Assembly (NCBI GenBank): GCA_903856085.1
Contig: CAIOAT010000044.1
Coordinates: 25,402 to 89,401 of the forward strand
Source of the DNA: Candidatus Omnitrophota bacterium
GTDB lineage: Bacteria > Omnitrophota > Omnitrophia > Omnitrophales > Aquincolibacteriaceae
Length of the DNA: 64,000 nucleotides
Direction: 5' to 3'
Shown here piece by piece: positions 22,231-33,118 of this stretch. Position 1 is the stretch's first letter. Every line of letters begins with the position of its first letter. A model generated the notes under the pieces. That model worked only from the letters and a program-made list of their open reading frames with translations, was not told where the DNA came from and did no database searches. The translations under genes and the position numbers were made by a program.

Positions 22231-22982
22231 AACGGTTAACGTGGCTTTTACTGATCGCCTTATGGTTCGCGCCCGCCGTTTGCACGGGTGCCGAAACGGC
22301 GAAGATCTTTCAAGAGGCCAACACGAGTTACCGGACCGGGGACCACGCGAAAGCCGCGGAACTTTATGAGTCTTTGACCGAGCGGGAACCGGGCGTTGCG
22401 ACCTTTTATTACAATCTGGCGAATACATATGTGCGGCTTGGAAAACTGAGCCGTGCGATCCTGAATTATGAAAAAGCCCTGCGCCTCGATCCTCGGAACG
22501 GGGATGTCCGGGAGAATTTGCGTTACACTCGCGGACTTTTGGAATACCGCGTTGAGGATACGCGCAATTGGTACTTGAAGGCCACGGAGGTCGTTCTGAA
22601 GTATGTGACCGAACGTGAAGTCTTTGCCGTGGTTCTCGCGGTCTTGTTCGTTTTTCTGATAGGGGGAATTCTTTTCTTTCTGAACGGGCGCGGCGTTTTC
22701 TGGAATCCATGGCAGCAATTCGTTTTTGTCGTGCTCTTGCTTGCGGCGCTTGTGGCTTTTGGCAAACAGGTGCAAAGTAATGTGATCCGCGATGCAATCG
22801 TGATGCAAAAAGAGTGTGAAGCTCGTTACGGGCCGTCGGAACACGACCAGGTCGCGTTTCGTATGGGCGAGGGTATCAAAGTGTTCGTGATGGACCGGCG
22901 CGAAGATTGGAGCCGTGTGCTCTTGACGAATGGGGAGAGCGGCTGGGTGAAAGATTCCGATATCGCTGAGGTTAAGGTGTGA
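22227..22982 (+). CDS. batE: BatE-like TPR + SH3 protein
   Basis: YYNLAN...[16 protein letters not shown], two TM helices, C-terminal SH3-like GWV; follows batD. Confidence 0.8.
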   Translation: MKRLTWLLLIALWFAPAVCTGAETAKIFQEANTSYRTGDHAKAAELYESLTEREPGVATFYYNLANTYVRLGKLSRAILNYEKALRLDPRNGDVRENLRYTRGLLEYRVEDTRNWYLKATEVVLKYVTEREVFAVVLAVLFVFLIGGILFFLNGRGVFWNPWQQFVFVVLLLAALVAFGKQVQSNVIRDAIVMQKECEARYGPSEHDQVAFRMGEGIKVFVMDRREDWSRVLLTNGESGWVKDSDIAEVKV

Positions 22983-24160
22983 GGAATCTTCCAGACGCAA
23001 AAGGCCATTTTGGTCCTTACGGTGGACGCTATGTCCCCGAAACACTTGTGAAAGCTTGCGAGGAATTGACCTCGGCTTATCGAACGATCAAAAACGATAA
23101 AAAATTCCGGAAAGAACTAAGTATTTATCTTGAGACCTACGCCGGACGACCGACCCCGCTTTATGAAGCAAAAAATCTTGCCGCGCATTTCGGTCATGGC
23201 AGGATTTTCCTCAAACGCGAGGATCTTCTTCATACCGGTGCGCATAAGATCAATAACACACTCGCCCAAGGGCTTTTAGCCAAACGGCTCGGCAAGACGC
23301 GTATCGTGGCCGAGACCGGCGCCGGACAGCACGGCGTCGCATCTGCGACGGCGGCCTGTGTGTTTGGGCTCAAGTGTGTGGTTTATATGGGCGCGGTGGA
23401 TATGGAGCGCCAGGCGTTGAACGTTTATAAGATGAAATTACTGGGCGCGGAAGTACGGCCAGTTCACTCAGGCTCCAAGACGCTCAAGGATGCGACCAAC
23501 GAGGCGATTCGGGATTGGGTCACGAATGTTGAAGACACTCATTATCTTTTAGGTTCGGTCGTTGGGCCGCATCCTTATCCGTCGATGGTCCGCGATTTTC
23601 AGGAAGTTATTGGCAGGGAAACGCGCCGTCAAATCGTCAAGGCCGCGGGACATCTACCGAGTTATCTTATGGCCTGTGTCGGCGGTGGCAGTAATTCCAT
23701 GGGATTTTTCCATCCGTTCCTCAGGGATCGGAGCGTTCGCATGATCGGCATCGAAGCGGCCGGCGAAGGAGTAGAAACTTCTCATCATGCGGCCTCGATT
23801 ACAAAGGGGAGACCCGGTATTCTTCACGGTATGAAAAGTTATTTGCTTCAGGATAAGAACGGGCAGGTTCAGCTTGCACATTCGATCTCCGCAGGGCTGG
23901 ATTATCCGTCCGTGGGTCCAGAACATTCCTATCTGAAGGATTCGGGGCGTGTGGCCTATCAGGCTGTAACGGATGCTGATGCGCTCAAGGGCTTCGATCT
24001 TCTGACAAAACTTGAAGGGATTATGCCGGCGCTTGAACCTGCACACGCCCTGGGCTATTTACCCAAGCTGATGCCCAAGACCCGGAGATCGGATACTGTG
24101 GTCGTTTGCCTTTCCGGCCGCGGCGACAAAGATATTCACACGGTGCAGCAGCATCTATAA
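22979..24160 (+). CDS. trpB: Tryptophan synthase beta chain
   Basis: [33 protein letters not shown] and LSGRGDKD motifs. Confidence 0.98.
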   Translation: MRNLPDAKGHFGPYGGRYVPETLVKACEELTSAYRTIKNDKKFRKELSIYLETYAGRPTPLYEAKNLAAHFGHGRIFLKREDLLHTGAHKINNTLAQGLLAKRLGKTRIVAETGAGQHGVASATAACVFGLKCVVYMGAVDMERQALNVYKMKLLGAEVRPVHSGSKTLKDATNEAIRDWVTNVEDTHYLLGSVVGPHPYPSMVRDFQEVIGRETRRQIVKAAGHLPSYLMACVGGGSNSMGFFHPFLRDRSVRMIGIEAAGEGVETSHHAASITKGRPGILHGMKSYLLQDKNGQVQLAHSISAGLDYPSVGPEHSYLKDSGRVAYQAVTDADALKGFDLLTKLEGIMPALEPAHALGYLPKLMPKTRRSDTVVVCLSGRGDKDIHTVQQHL

Positions 24161-24242
24161 AAGTCTACAGACTTTAGGCCTCGGGCAACGGTAAAAACTA
24201 ATGTTTCTCCGTGTTTCTAAACGATTATCGAGGAAATGAAAA

Positions 24243-25031
24243 TTGAAGAATTACTTAACGCTTAAAATTCAAGAAGTCCGGAGAAAAAAGCGTAAGCTTT
24301 TTTGCGTTTTTTTGACGCTAGGGTATCCCAGTATCGCTGCGACGGAGCGGCTCATTCTGTCTTCCGAACAGGCGGGGGTGGATATCATCGAATTGGGTTT
24401 TCCTTTCTCGGATCCTCTCGCGGACGGGCCGACAATCCAGTATTCATCGGAACAGGCCATTAAAAAAAACGTTACGATCAAAGACGCGTTGGCTCTCGTG
24501 CGCCGTCTTCGTCAAAAAGGTTCCAAGATTCCGATTCTCTTTTTTGGCTATTTCAACCCGGTCTTTTCGTACGGCGGGAAAGATTTTGCCCGGGACGCTA
24601 GAGATTCGGGGATGGACGGTTTGATCATTCCGGACTTGCCGCCCGAAGAAGAAGTGGCGTTCCAAAAAATATGTCGGAAACAAAAGCTTCACAGGGTACA
24701 GTTGGTTGCTCCGACGACCAAGGATGCAAGGGCTAAGATGCTTGTTGGGAAGTCTCAAGAGTTCATCTATTATGTTTCGCTCAAAGGCGTGACGGGCGCG
24801 CAAAAAGCAATGCCTGCGGACCTTAAGGCACACCTCTCAAAATTAAAACGAATGACCGCGAAGCCGGTTTTGGCTGGGTTCGGTATCTCCACACCCGAGC
24901 AGGCGCGGGCTATCTCCCAGATGAGCGATGGCGTGATCGTTGGCAGTGCGGTGATCGAACACTTGAAGCGTGGAGTTCCTGTGGCTGAACGGTTTATTCT
25001 TAAAATGTCACGTGCGATACACGGTTCATGA
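24243..25031 (+). CDS. trpA: Tryptophan synthase alpha chain
   Basis: ELGFPFSDPLADGPTIQ, PDLP, GVTG, GFGIS and DGVIVGSA motifs. Confidence 0.97.
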   Translation: MKNYLTLKIQEVRRKKRKLFCVFLTLGYPSIAATERLILSSEQAGVDIIELGFPFSDPLADGPTIQYSSEQAIKKNVTIKDALALVRRLRQKGSKIPILFFGYFNPVFSYGGKDFARDARDSGMDGLIIPDLPPEEEVAFQKICRKQKLHRVQLVAPTTKDARAKMLVGKSQEFIYYVSLKGVTGAQKAMPADLKAHLSKLKRMTAKPVLAGFGISTPEQARAISQMSDGVIVGSAVIEHLKRGVPVAERFILKMSRAIHGS

Positions 25032-25453
25032 GTGGCGCGCTTCTGGGTCTTGACCTCGGCGAGAAAAGAATTGGGGTTGCGTTCGTGCCGGCTGGAACAA
25101 CGATCGCGTTTCCTGTGAAGACGATCGAGGTGAAAGGCCGGGAACAGGTTCTGCTCCAGATCCAGAAATTGATCCTTGAGCATAAAGCGGAAAAGGTCGT
25201 GGTCGGGCTTCCGATAACGCTCAAGGGCGAGATGGGGATCGCAGCGAAGAAGCGGGTCCAAGAAGTCGAGTGGTATCAGTCTCGAATTGCGGTGCCGGTG
25301 GTGATGTGGGACGAGAGGTTATCCTCCAAAGAAGTAGAGCGCATGCTGATCTCGGCAGATGTGAGTCGTGAGAGGCGCAAAGAAGTCATTGATCAGTTGG
25401 CCGCTCAAAGAATATTGCAGAATTATTTAGACAGTACGATTGCTAACGCATAA
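25028..25453 (+). CDS. ruvX: YqgF/RuvX nuclease
   Basis: GLDLGEKRIGVA, VVGLP, WDERLSS and DQLAAQRILQ motifs. Confidence 0.95.
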   Translation: MSGALLGLDLGEKRIGVAFVPAGTTIAFPVKTIEVKGREQVLLQIQKLILEHKAEKVVVGLPITLKGEMGIAAKKRVQEVEWYQSRIAVPVVMWDERLSSKEVERMLISADVSRERRKEVIDQLAAQRILQNYLDSTIANA

Positions 25454-25462
25454 AGGGGAATC

Positions 25463-26743
25463 ATGACCTATCAATTGACGACGTTTGAAAATGGACTCAG
25501 GGTTTTGACGGTTCCCATGGCCAATCGCGAATCGGCGGCCGTGGCAATTTGGGTCAAGGCCGGAGGTCGCTACGAACCCAAGAAGATCTCGGGGATATCG
25601 CATTTTCTGGAGCATCTGATGTTTAAGGGTACGCCGACGCGGAGCACGCGTCAGATCAAGGAAGAGATCGAGGGCGTTGGCGGAATCCTGAATGCTTTCA
25701 CCGGGGAAGAAATGACCTGCTATTTTGCGAAGCTTCTAAAGCAATATTATCCCCGGGCGCTTGACGTTCTTTCCGATATGGTGCTCCATTCGACAATCCC
25801 GGCGGATGAACTGGTTAAGGAAAGGACTGTGATCCTGGAAGAGATCAAGATGTATCGCGATGTGCCTTCCCATCACGTGCATGATCTGATGGGGGAGCTT
25901 CTGTGGCCGGATCAGCCGCTTGGCCGGACGCTCGCTGGTTCACCGGAAACGGTTTCCCGGATGACGCGTGGCGACATTCTGAAATATAAGGATAATTATT
26001 ACCATAACAGCAATATTCTGGTTTCGGTTTCCGGAAATGTGGATCACGATGAGGTCCTGGCGCGCGTTGCTGATATTTACAAAACGCGGCAACCGAAGAA
26101 GCCATCCGTTTTTGTTCCGGCGAAAAGCGTGCAGACTAAGCCGCGCACCCATTACTACGAGAAGGCGACAGAGCAGACGCATTTGGTGATCGGTCTCCAC
26201 GCCCTTCCGCGTATGCATCCGGACCGTTACAAACTGGGTCTTCTGCATGTGATCCTTGGGGCGAATATGTCGAGCCGTCTTTTCGAGGAAGTACGCGAAA
26301 AACGAGGCCTGGCTTACGAGATCAAGTCTGGAATGTCCGGCTATCAGGATGCCGGGGCTTTTACCGTGTCGGCCGGTGTAGAAACGAAAAAGACCGTGCG
26401 GGCTGTGGCGGTGATCATGAAGGAACTTACGAAAGTGCGGAAAAGTTTTGTGAAGTCTGGCGAACTCCGCCGCGCAAAGGATTATTTCATGAGCCAAGTC
26501 TCCTTGGGCGTTGAAGACACGCTGGATCATCTGCTTTGGGCGGGTGAAAAGGCTCTTTGCTCGGGAGAATTGCCGAACAAAACGGAAATCCGTCAAAAGA
26601 TAGAGACTGTGACGTTGGAAGACATTCAAGGGGTCGCGCAGAAGATCTTCCGTACTGGAAATTTAAATCTTTCACTGATCGGGCCGGTGCCGGAGAAGAT
26701 GCAGCGCGAAATCACCAAAAATCTAATTATCGAAGCAGTTTGA
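25463..26743 (+). CDS. M16 family (pitrilysin-like) zinc peptidase
   Basis: HFLEH inverted zinc motif, NAFT and SSRLFEEVREKRGLAY. Confidence 0.95.
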   Translation: MTYQLTTFENGLRVLTVPMANRESAAVAIWVKAGGRYEPKKISGISHFLEHLMFKGTPTRSTRQIKEEIEGVGGILNAFTGEEMTCYFAKLLKQYYPRALDVLSDMVLHSTIPADELVKERTVILEEIKMYRDVPSHHVHDLMGELLWPDQPLGRTLAGSPETVSRMTRGDILKYKDNYYHNSNILVSVSGNVDHDEVLARVADIYKTRQPKKPSVFVPAKSVQTKPRTHYYEKATEQTHLVIGLHALPRMHPDRYKLGLLHVILGANMSSRLFEEVREKRGLAYEIKSGMSGYQDAGAFTVSAGVETKKTVRAVAVIMKELTKVRKSFVKSGELRRAKDYFMSQVSLGVEDTLDHLLWAGEKALCSGELPNKTEIRQKIETVTLEDIQGVAQKIFRTGNLNLSLIGPVPEKMQREITKNLIIEAV

Positions 26744-26753
26744 GGAGAATATC

Positions 26754-27404
26754 GTGAAGAAAATAATGATTGCCCCCAGTTTGCTTTCTGCGGATTTCAG
26801 CCGGTTGGCCGAAGAGATCCGGGATGTGGAAAAAGCCGGATGTGACGCGCTTCATATCGATGTAATGGATGGGCATTTTGTGCCGAATCTAACGATTGGG
26901 CCGCTCGTTGTGAGTGCGATCCGCAAGGTCACAAAGCTGCCGCTGGATGTTCATTTGATGATCGATGCGCCGTCCCGCTATGTAGGCGAATTCCGTAAGG
27001 CCGGTGCCGATTGGATCACGATCCACATCGAAGCGGAAAACGATGTACTGAAAACTCTACAAGAGATTAAAAAACTTGGAGCCAAGGCTGGAATTTCGCT
27101 TCGCCCAAAGACTCCCGTGGAAACGATTCTTCCTTATCTTTCGGAGCTGGATCTCGCTCTCGTTATGTCAGTCGAGCCGGGGTTTGGTGGACAATCGTTC
27201 ATGCCCGATATGATGGCAAAGGTCAAAGTGCTGCGTTCGAAGTTTCAAGGGCTCATTTCCGTGGATGGCGGTATTGGTGCCGGGAATGCGTTTCAGGCGC
27301 TTGAGGCAGGGGCTGATATCCTGGTTGCGGGAAGTGCTGTTTTCGGAAAAGCGGATCGTGTGAAGGCAATCCAGGAATTTCGTGAGATTTTTAAGAAATT
27401 CTGA
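26754..27404 (+). CDS. rpe: Ribulose-phosphate 3-epimerase
   Basis: [27 protein letters not shown] and VDGG motifs. Confidence 0.97.
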   Translation: MKKIMIAPSLLSADFSRLAEEIRDVEKAGCDALHIDVMDGHFVPNLTIGPLVVSAIRKVTKLPLDVHLMIDAPSRYVGEFRKAGADWITIHIEAENDVLKTLQEIKKLGAKAGISLRPKTPVETILPYLSELDLALVMSVEPGFGGQSFMPDMMAKVKVLRSKFQGLISVDGGIGAGNAFQALEAGADILVAGSAVFGKADRVKAIQEFREIFKKF

Positions 27405-29185
27405 TGATCCCCTCCCAAATTCGTAATTTCTCCATCATCGCGCATATTGACCACGGTAAATCCACGCTTGCGGACCGTTTGCTCTTGCACACCGGGGCCA
27501 TCACCAAGCGAGAGTTCCGCGAACAGATTCTGGATGATATGGAACTGGAACGTGAGCGAGGGATTACGATCAAGGCGCGTGCGGTGCGCATTCACTATAA
27601 GGATCATTGGCTCAATCTCATCGACACGCCGGGTCATATCGATTTCACTTATGAAGTCTCCAAAAGCCTCGCGGCTTGCGAGGGTGTCCTGCTTCTTGTG
27701 GATGCCGGGCAAGGGATCCAGGCGCAGACTGTGACGAATCTTTATCTGGCCATGGAGCGCAATCTCAAGATCATTCCCATTGTGACGAAGATCGATCTTC
27801 CGACCGCAGAGCCGGAGCGGGTTAAAAAAGAGATTGTTGATTTTCTCGGGGTCGATGAAAAAGAGATTATTCTGTCGAGTGCGAAGACCGGGGAGGGTGC
27901 CGAGGAAATCCTGACGGCCATTATCGACAAAATACCGCCGCCACAAGGGGATCTTGAAAAACCTTTACGTGCGCTCATTTTTGATTCCAAATTCGATAGC
28001 TATCAGGGGGTCGTGGCCTATTTCCGCATTTTTGACGGAAGGCTCCGGACGCACGACCAAGTTCTGATGATGCAGACCGGGCATCACCACGAGGTCGATC
28101 AGATCGGGATTTTTAATCCAAACCCGGAGGCTGTCGATGAACTTGGGGCTGGTGCGGTGGGCTATGTGAATGCAAACATCAAGGACATTTCCGAGGTCAA
28201 GATCGGGGATACCCTGACGCTTGCGTCGAATCCGGCACCGGAAGCGTTGCCGGGTTACCAGGACGTGAAACCCATGGTTTTTTGCGGCCTTTATCCGATC
28301 CAAGCGAATGATTTTGCGCTGTTGCGGGACGCTCTCGCGAAGCTCAGGCTCAATGACTCCTCATTTGTTTATGAACCGGAATCTTCGGCATCGCTAGGGC
28401 ATGGGTATCGTTGTGGATTTTTGGGCCTTTTGCATATGGATATCATCAAGGAGCGGCTTGAGCGAGAATTCAATCTTCAGCTTATCATTACCGCGCCGAA
28501 TGTCCGGTACAAAGTGCTAACGACCAAGGGGGATATTGTTGACATCGAGAATCCTACCCACTTGCCGCCGGTGCAGCAGATCGAGATCATTGAGGAGCCG
28601 TATATCCGGGCGCATGTGATGATCCCTTCGACGGCACTTGGGGTGATCATGCAGCTTTGTCAGGACCGCCGAGGCACTTATATCAGCACGGAATATCTCG
28701 ACGCGAAGCGTGCCGTGCTCACTTACGAGATCCCGTTCTCGGAGATTGTGATGGATTTCTATGATAAGATCAAATCGCTTACGGCCGGATATGGATCGCT
28801 CAATTATGAATTCATCGGGCATAAGCCGTCGGATCTTGTTAAAATGGACATCTTGATTAATGGGGAGCCCGTCGATGCGCTTGCGATCATCACCTGGAAA
28901 GAGAAAGCCTATCCGCGGGGTAAGGCGCTTGTCGAGAAGCTCAAGGAGGTGATTCCGCGGCAGATGTTTGAGGTGGTAATCCAGGCGGCAATCGGAGCGA
29001 AGGTAATCGCTCGAGATTCAATCGCTGCGATCAAGAAGAACGTGACGGCTAAATGCTACGGGGGCGACATCACACGTAAGCGCAAACTTTGGGAAAAACA
29101 GAAGGAAGGGAAGAAGCGTATGAAAAAGATCGGGAAAGTGGATCTTCCGCAAGAAGCATTCATCAGTATTTTAAAGGTGGAATAA
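27404..29185 (+). CDS. lepA: Elongation factor 4 (LepA)
   Basis: [29 protein letters not shown] and [13 protein letters not shown] motifs. Confidence 0.98.
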   Translation: MIPSQIRNFSIIAHIDHGKSTLADRLLLHTGAITKREFREQILDDMELERERGITIKARAVRIHYKDHWLNLIDTPGHIDFTYEVSKSLAACEGVLLLVDAGQGIQAQTVTNLYLAMERNLKIIPIVTKIDLPTAEPERVKKEIVDFLGVDEKEIILSSAKTGEGAEEILTAIIDKIPPPQGDLEKPLRALIFDSKFDSYQGVVAYFRIFDGRLRTHDQVLMMQTGHHHEVDQIGIFNPNPEAVDELGAGAVGYVNANIKDISEVKIGDTLTLASNPAPEALPGYQDVKPMVFCGLYPIQANDFALLRDALAKLRLNDSSFVYEPESSASLGHGYRCGFLGLLHMDIIKERLEREFNLQLIITAPNVRYKVLTTKGDIVDIENPTHLPPVQQIEIIEEPYIRAHVMIPSTALGVIMQLCQDRRGTYISTEYLDAKRAVLTYEIPFSEIVMDFYDKIKSLTAGYGSLNYEFIGHKPSDLVKMDILINGEPVDALAIITWKEKAYPRGKALVEKLKEVIPRQMFEVVIQAAIGAKVIARDSIAAIKKNVTAKCYGGDITRKRKLWEKQKEGKKRMKKIGKVDLPQEAFISILKVE

Positions 29186-29186
29186 T

Positions 29187-29852
29187 ATGGAATTGGATCT
29201 TATTCAAGTTATTCGAAAATATTTATGGGTCTTGCCGGTGGCGTTGGTTTTGGCCTACACGTATAGAGCAAAACTCGCTCATGAGTGGCGATTCGCCTGG
29301 GCCGAGCCCCGCCGGTGGCTTTTTGAAAAATGGAAGAACTGGGGTGAGCCTCTTTTGATCGCGGCGGTGCTTGCCATTCTAATTCGCACGTTCATTTTTG
29401 GACCGTACAAGATTCCGACCGGTTCCATGATACCGACTTTTATGGAACAGGATAAAATCTTTGTCGATAAGCTGAGTTATCGTTTTCACTTGCCCGAACG
29501 CGGAGATATCATTGTGTTCAAGTATCCGCTTGATCGCAAAAAGGATTTTGTTAAACGGCTTGCGGGGCTTCCGGGAGAAACGCTTGAGATACGCAAGGGA
29601 GTGTTGCTTGTCAATGGAAAGCCGATGACGGACCCTCCGTTTTCCAGGAACACCTACTACAATGTTGAAGACTGGAAGTTTGGCAAGTCCGGTCAGGTGA
29701 TTCGTGTGCCGGACGGCCATTATTTTGCGCTGGGGGACAATTCCGCGCACTCGGCCGATAGCCGCCAGTGGGGATTCGTGTCCAAAAAAGATCTGGTGGG
29801 GAAAGCCTTCATGATCTGGTGGCCACCGCAACGCATCAGACTCACAAAGTAG
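29187..29852 (+). CDS. lepB: Signal peptidase I
   Basis: IPTGSMxPT, FVKR, GDN and DSRxWG motifs; lepA-lepB synteny. Confidence 0.96.
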   Translation: MELDLIQVIRKYLWVLPVALVLAYTYRAKLAHEWRFAWAEPRRWLFEKWKNWGEPLLIAAVLAILIRTFIFGPYKIPTGSMIPTFMEQDKIFVDKLSYRFHLPERGDIIVFKYPLDRKKDFVKRLAGLPGETLEIRKGVLLVNGKPMTDPPFSRNTYYNVEDWKFGKSGQVIRVPDGHYFALGDNSAHSADSRQWGFVSKKDLVGKAFMIWWPPQRIRLTK

Positions 29853-29860
29853 TCGCACCT

Positions 29861-29955
29861 CGCCTGATTCTCAATCAAAAAAGAGATCAGAAATCAGAGC
29901 AGTTCTGGTTTTCGAATAAAGCTCTTCAGGAAAACCAGGGCGCCTGATTCTCAAT
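29861..29955 (+). repeat. 15-bp exact direct repeat CGCCTGATTCTCAAT (29861-29875, 29941-29955)
   Basis: Two identical copies 80 bp apart in the intergenic region between lepB and the SPOR gene. Confidence 0.75.
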
Positions 29956-30087
29956 AATCTTTTCAATGGAAGACCAGTGCTGTCCTGGTTTTTCAGCGTT
30001 TCTATGCGTGGCGTGCTGAAATTTATTTCGATTCTTATTAAATCTTCCGTGCGAGTTGCCGTAAATGTATACACGGAGGATTTAACC

Positions 30088-30693
30088 ATGCAAACGGAAT
30101 TATTCGATCTGCCATTGCCCCGGACTCTTTCAGAGGATTCGACAGTTTCAAAGACTTCTTTCCTTGAAAAGACCTTCATCACGTTGCGTCTTGACCAGGC
30201 GATTGGGTTGACGCTTATCCTGCTTGTCATCTATGTACTGACCTTTTCTTGGGGAGTTGAAAAGGGAAAGAAGGCTTCACGCGAAAGCCAGGTGATTCGT
30301 ACGGGTTCTGCTGAGGTTCTTTCTTCGGAAACCTCACAAACTGTTGTTGCTTCGGTCGCCAAGACGCCCTTAGCGGCTATGGCTGATGAGTCTGTTTCCA
30401 AGGAAGTTCCGATCACAGTTGCAGACTTGCCTAAGCCTGTAGCGAAGGTCATGAAACCTGACGGGAAGTTCACCATCCAGCATGTGACCTATATTACCCG
30501 ATCTGCAGCGGATCGTGAGATCCAAAAACTTGCCCAGCGGGGATACAGTTCCTTTGTGATCCCGAGCGGAAAGCACTTGCAGGTTTGTATTGCGGCATTC
30601 CAGTCGCGTCAGGATGCGTCTCTGCTCCTCAAACAGCTGAGGGCTCAGGGCCTTGTTTCAGGCGACGCCTATGTGCGGCCGATGGTTCGCTGA
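30088..30693 (+). CDS. Membrane-anchored SPOR domain protein
   Basis: GGAGG RBS before ATG 30088; one TM helix, linker, C-terminal FTIQ...A...L...G SPOR pattern. Confidence 0.75.
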   Translation: MQTELFDLPLPRTLSEDSTVSKTSFLEKTFITLRLDQAIGLTLILLVIYVLTFSWGVEKGKKASRESQVIRTGSAEVLSSETSQTVVASVAKTPLAAMADESVSKEVPITVADLPKPVAKVMKPDGKFTIQHVTYITRSAADREIQKLAQRGYSSFVIPSGKHLQVCIAAFQSRQDASLLLKQLRAQGLVSGDAYVRPMVR

Positions 30694-30750
30694 CCGCGCT
30701 GACTTCGTGTTAAAATAGCTTAAAAATAGAATGTTTGCGCACTTTTCAGC

Positions 30751-30779
30751 TAGCCATTTTCCTTCCGCATCAGTATAAT
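30751..30779 (+). promoter_or_regulatory. Putative sigma70 promoter
   Basis: TAGCCA-17 bp-TATAAT upstream of the small basic protein gene. Confidence 0.45.
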
Positions 30780-30919
30780 ACGCTCCTCCAACAGCATAAC
30801 TGTTCGGATCGATCCAATTCACTAATACTGCGTTTCTATTGATTTAAGGGTCGCAGTATTGTACCGGTAACTCCTAAAATCAAATGGAGAACGGTACTAA
30901 CAAAGGAGTCCAGTGTCTT

Positions 30920-31216
30920 ATGTCTCAACATCCTAGCCTGCGTTCTGACAGTGTCGGAGCCAAACACCGAAATGTTTTCAAACGTCTTGAACGCGTCAAG
31001 AAACTCCAAGAAATGGGCAAGTGGAGCGAAAATGCAACGGCTTACAATCTTCCGAAAGTGAAGTCGCAGAAGATCAAGATGAAGAAGGTTAAAGAGGCGA
31101 AGGCAGGAGCCGCTGAAGGAGCCGCAGCTCCCGGTGCTGCAGCGCCCGCAGCCGGCGCGAAACCCGCAGCAGGTAAAGCTGCCGGAAAACCAGCCGGCGA
31201 TAGCAAAAAAGCTTAA
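30920..31216 (+). CDS. PVC small basic protein (TIGR04137-like) with Ala/Lys-rich tail
   Basis: MSQHPSL...HRNVFKRLER...LPKVK signature; AAGGAG RBS. Confidence 0.85.
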   Translation: MSQHPSLRSDSVGAKHRNVFKRLERVKKLQEMGKWSENATAYNLPKVKSQKIKMKKVKEAKAGAAEGAAAPGAAAPAAGAKPAAGKAAGKPAGDSKKA

Positions 31217-31237
31217 CGGAGCCAAGAAAACTTTTCT

Positions 31238-31735
31238 ATGATTACGATCCGAAGATCTGTGCAGGATGATGACGCGGCAGTGGTCGATCTTATCACCAGT
31301 ATTATGGATAGCGAGTTTCATGACGCTAAGCACGCTTATCCGACGGAGGATGTCGAGTGCATTGAGAAGGCCTATGGCGGAATCGGTGAAGCGTTCTTTG
31401 TGGCGGTGGATAATAAATCACACAAAGTCGTTGGCACCGTTGCCATCAAGAAAGAGGATGGCCGTGTCGCATTGCTCCGACGATTGTTTGTCGCGCCCAC
31501 GCATCGCAATCTGAAGATCGGTAAGAAGTTGATTGATCGTGCGCTTGATTTTTGCCGTGAGGTGGGTTACGAAGAAGTCGTTTTTAAAACAACCTCGAAG
31601 ATGTCGGGGGCGATCGATCTTTGTCGCAAGAACGGTTTTGTTCAGCGAGCACATATCGTTTTGGGGCCCGTCGAACTTATCAAGTTATCGCTGTGCCTTC
31701 GTGAAGATGTCCATGCCATGAGGGGGAAAGATTAG
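31238..31735 (+). CDS. GNAT family N-acetyltransferase
   Basis: VVGTVA, LRRLFVAPTHRNLKIGKKL and KNGF motifs. Confidence 0.9.
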   Translation: MITIRRSVQDDDAAVVDLITSIMDSEFHDAKHAYPTEDVECIEKAYGGIGEAFFVAVDNKSHKVVGTVAIKKEDGRVALLRRLFVAPTHRNLKIGKKLIDRALDFCREVGYEEVVFKTTSKMSGAIDLCRKNGFVQRAHIVLGPVELIKLSLCLREDVHAMRGKD

Positions 31736-31736
31736 C

Positions 31737-32738
31737 ATGGGGTTTTTTAGCAAGAAGAAAAATGCCGACGCATCCTCATCGGTGCTTTCGGAATCTGAAA
31801 TTCAGAAAAGGCTGTATGGCGAGTTTTCTGCGGGAGCTTCTCATGTCGTGATCGGGGATCGGGAGCATCTCAAGGAGCCTGCTCCGGCGCCGTTCATGCC
31901 GAAAGAACCTGCTCTGGAGAAAGATTCGGCTCTCGATCTTTTTAACGTGCAAAGAGATGCGTTGTCTGAACCCCGCCCTGCTTCGCATCAGGTTTCTCCA
32001 GAACAAAAGCCGGCCGATCATGCATCGCGCTATGTCCCGCTTCATGATTTTGAAAAAAAACCTGTCTCTTCCGCTTCGGCGCCCTCCAGTTCGGATTCCT
32101 ACGCTCGTTTTCGTTATAACCGTCCTCAGGAAAATAAGTTAGCTGCGTTCCTGGATCTGTTTAGAGGCTTTTCCGAAAAAATAGGCGAGCTGGTCAAATT
32201 ATTTTTAGACCCCAAACAGGTGGCCATCCGACGTGTTTTTTATTGGGGCGCTGCGGTCCTTGTTGTTTTTCTCCTTTTTTGGGGAGTGAACGCACTCAAT
32301 TCTCAACGGGAAGAAGCACTACGTGCCCGGTATAAGATTCCTTCCGTAAAGATTCCGGGTGCTGTGGCGGTGGTTGCTCCTGCTAATCCTGTGGCGGAAC
32401 GTCCCGTGGTCATCACTCCGGCTCCTGTCAGATCGAAAAAAACGCATGCTCCCGAGGGGAGTACAGCGCCCGCGGCTCCGGTGAGTGGATCTTATGTGAT
32501 CCAGGTCGTGACCTATCCGACTAAACAGGATGCGGATCAGGTTGTGGAAACGTTTAAGCGCGCAGGTTTTCATGCTTTTGTTAAAGAGAATACACGGCCG
32601 AGCGGGCGACTTTTTTATCTCGTGCTTCTCGGAGGGTTCCGCACCGAGTCGGAAGCCCAGGCTCAGCTTTTGAGATTTCGCGCTAAAGATGTCGCACGTC
32701 CCTTTCAGGACGCTTTTGTGAAATCGAGCCGATCATGA
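31737..32738 (+). CDS. Bitopic SPOR domain protein (FtsN/DedD/DamX-like layout)
   Basis: Disordered N-region, one TM helix, Pro-rich linker, YVIQV...YLVLLGGF...A SPOR domain. Confidence 0.8.
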   Translation: MGFFSKKKNADASSSVLSESEIQKRLYGEFSAGASHVVIGDREHLKEPAPAPFMPKEPALEKDSALDLFNVQRDALSEPRPASHQVSPEQKPADHASRYVPLHDFEKKPVSSASAPSSSDSYARFRYNRPQENKLAAFLDLFRGFSEKIGELVKLFLDPKQVAIRRVFYWGAAVLVVFLLFWGVNALNSQREEALRARYKIPSVKIPGAVAVVAPANPVAERPVVITPAPVRSKKTHAPEGSTAPAAPVSGSYVIQVVTYPTKQDADQVVETFKRAGFHAFVKENTRPSGRLFYLVLLGGFRTESEAQAQLLRFRAKDVARPFQDAFVKSSRS

Positions 32739-33103
32739 ACTCGCTCTGGGACGGTTTTAATAAACGGAAATTTCCAAGGCTTCATCTGACCTGTGAGGTG
32801 GCGATCCAGCCGGTGGGTAAGCAAAAGGCCTTTACCGCAAGCACGGAGGATGTGGGGATGGGGGGTGTCTCGGTGATGCTTCCGGAGCCTTTGGAGCGGT
32901 TCGATCGTTGCAAAATCAGTCTGGAACTTAAGGACGGCGAGCCTCCTGTCCAGTGCACCGGACGTAGTGTGTGGGTGATTCCGAGCCAGGACCGGAAATC
33001 TTCAAAAAAGAATTTTGACATAGGCTTCGAGTTCCTGGATCTGGACGAACTCTCCCGTAAGCGTTTGAAAACCTTTATCACTCCGCCCCTAAAGAAAGCT
33101 TAA
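32735..33103 (+). CDS. PilZ domain protein
   Basis: RKFPR and DVGMGG motifs, GFEF. Confidence 0.88.
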   Translation: MNSLWDGFNKRKFPRLHLTCEVAIQPVGKQKAFTASTEDVGMGGVSVMLPEPLERFDRCKISLELKDGEPPVQCTGRSVWVIPSQDRKSSKKNFDIGFEFLDLDELSRKRLKTFITPPLKKA

Positions 33104-33118
33104 CCGGTTTTTCGACCG

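Noticed and set aside
29977-30087. Longer N-termini in the ORF track for the SPOR gene, and likewise at 30884 and 40560
   Set aside because: Downstream ATGs at 30088 and 30920 have better RBS or family-consistent starts; 40617 avoids overlap with fadD
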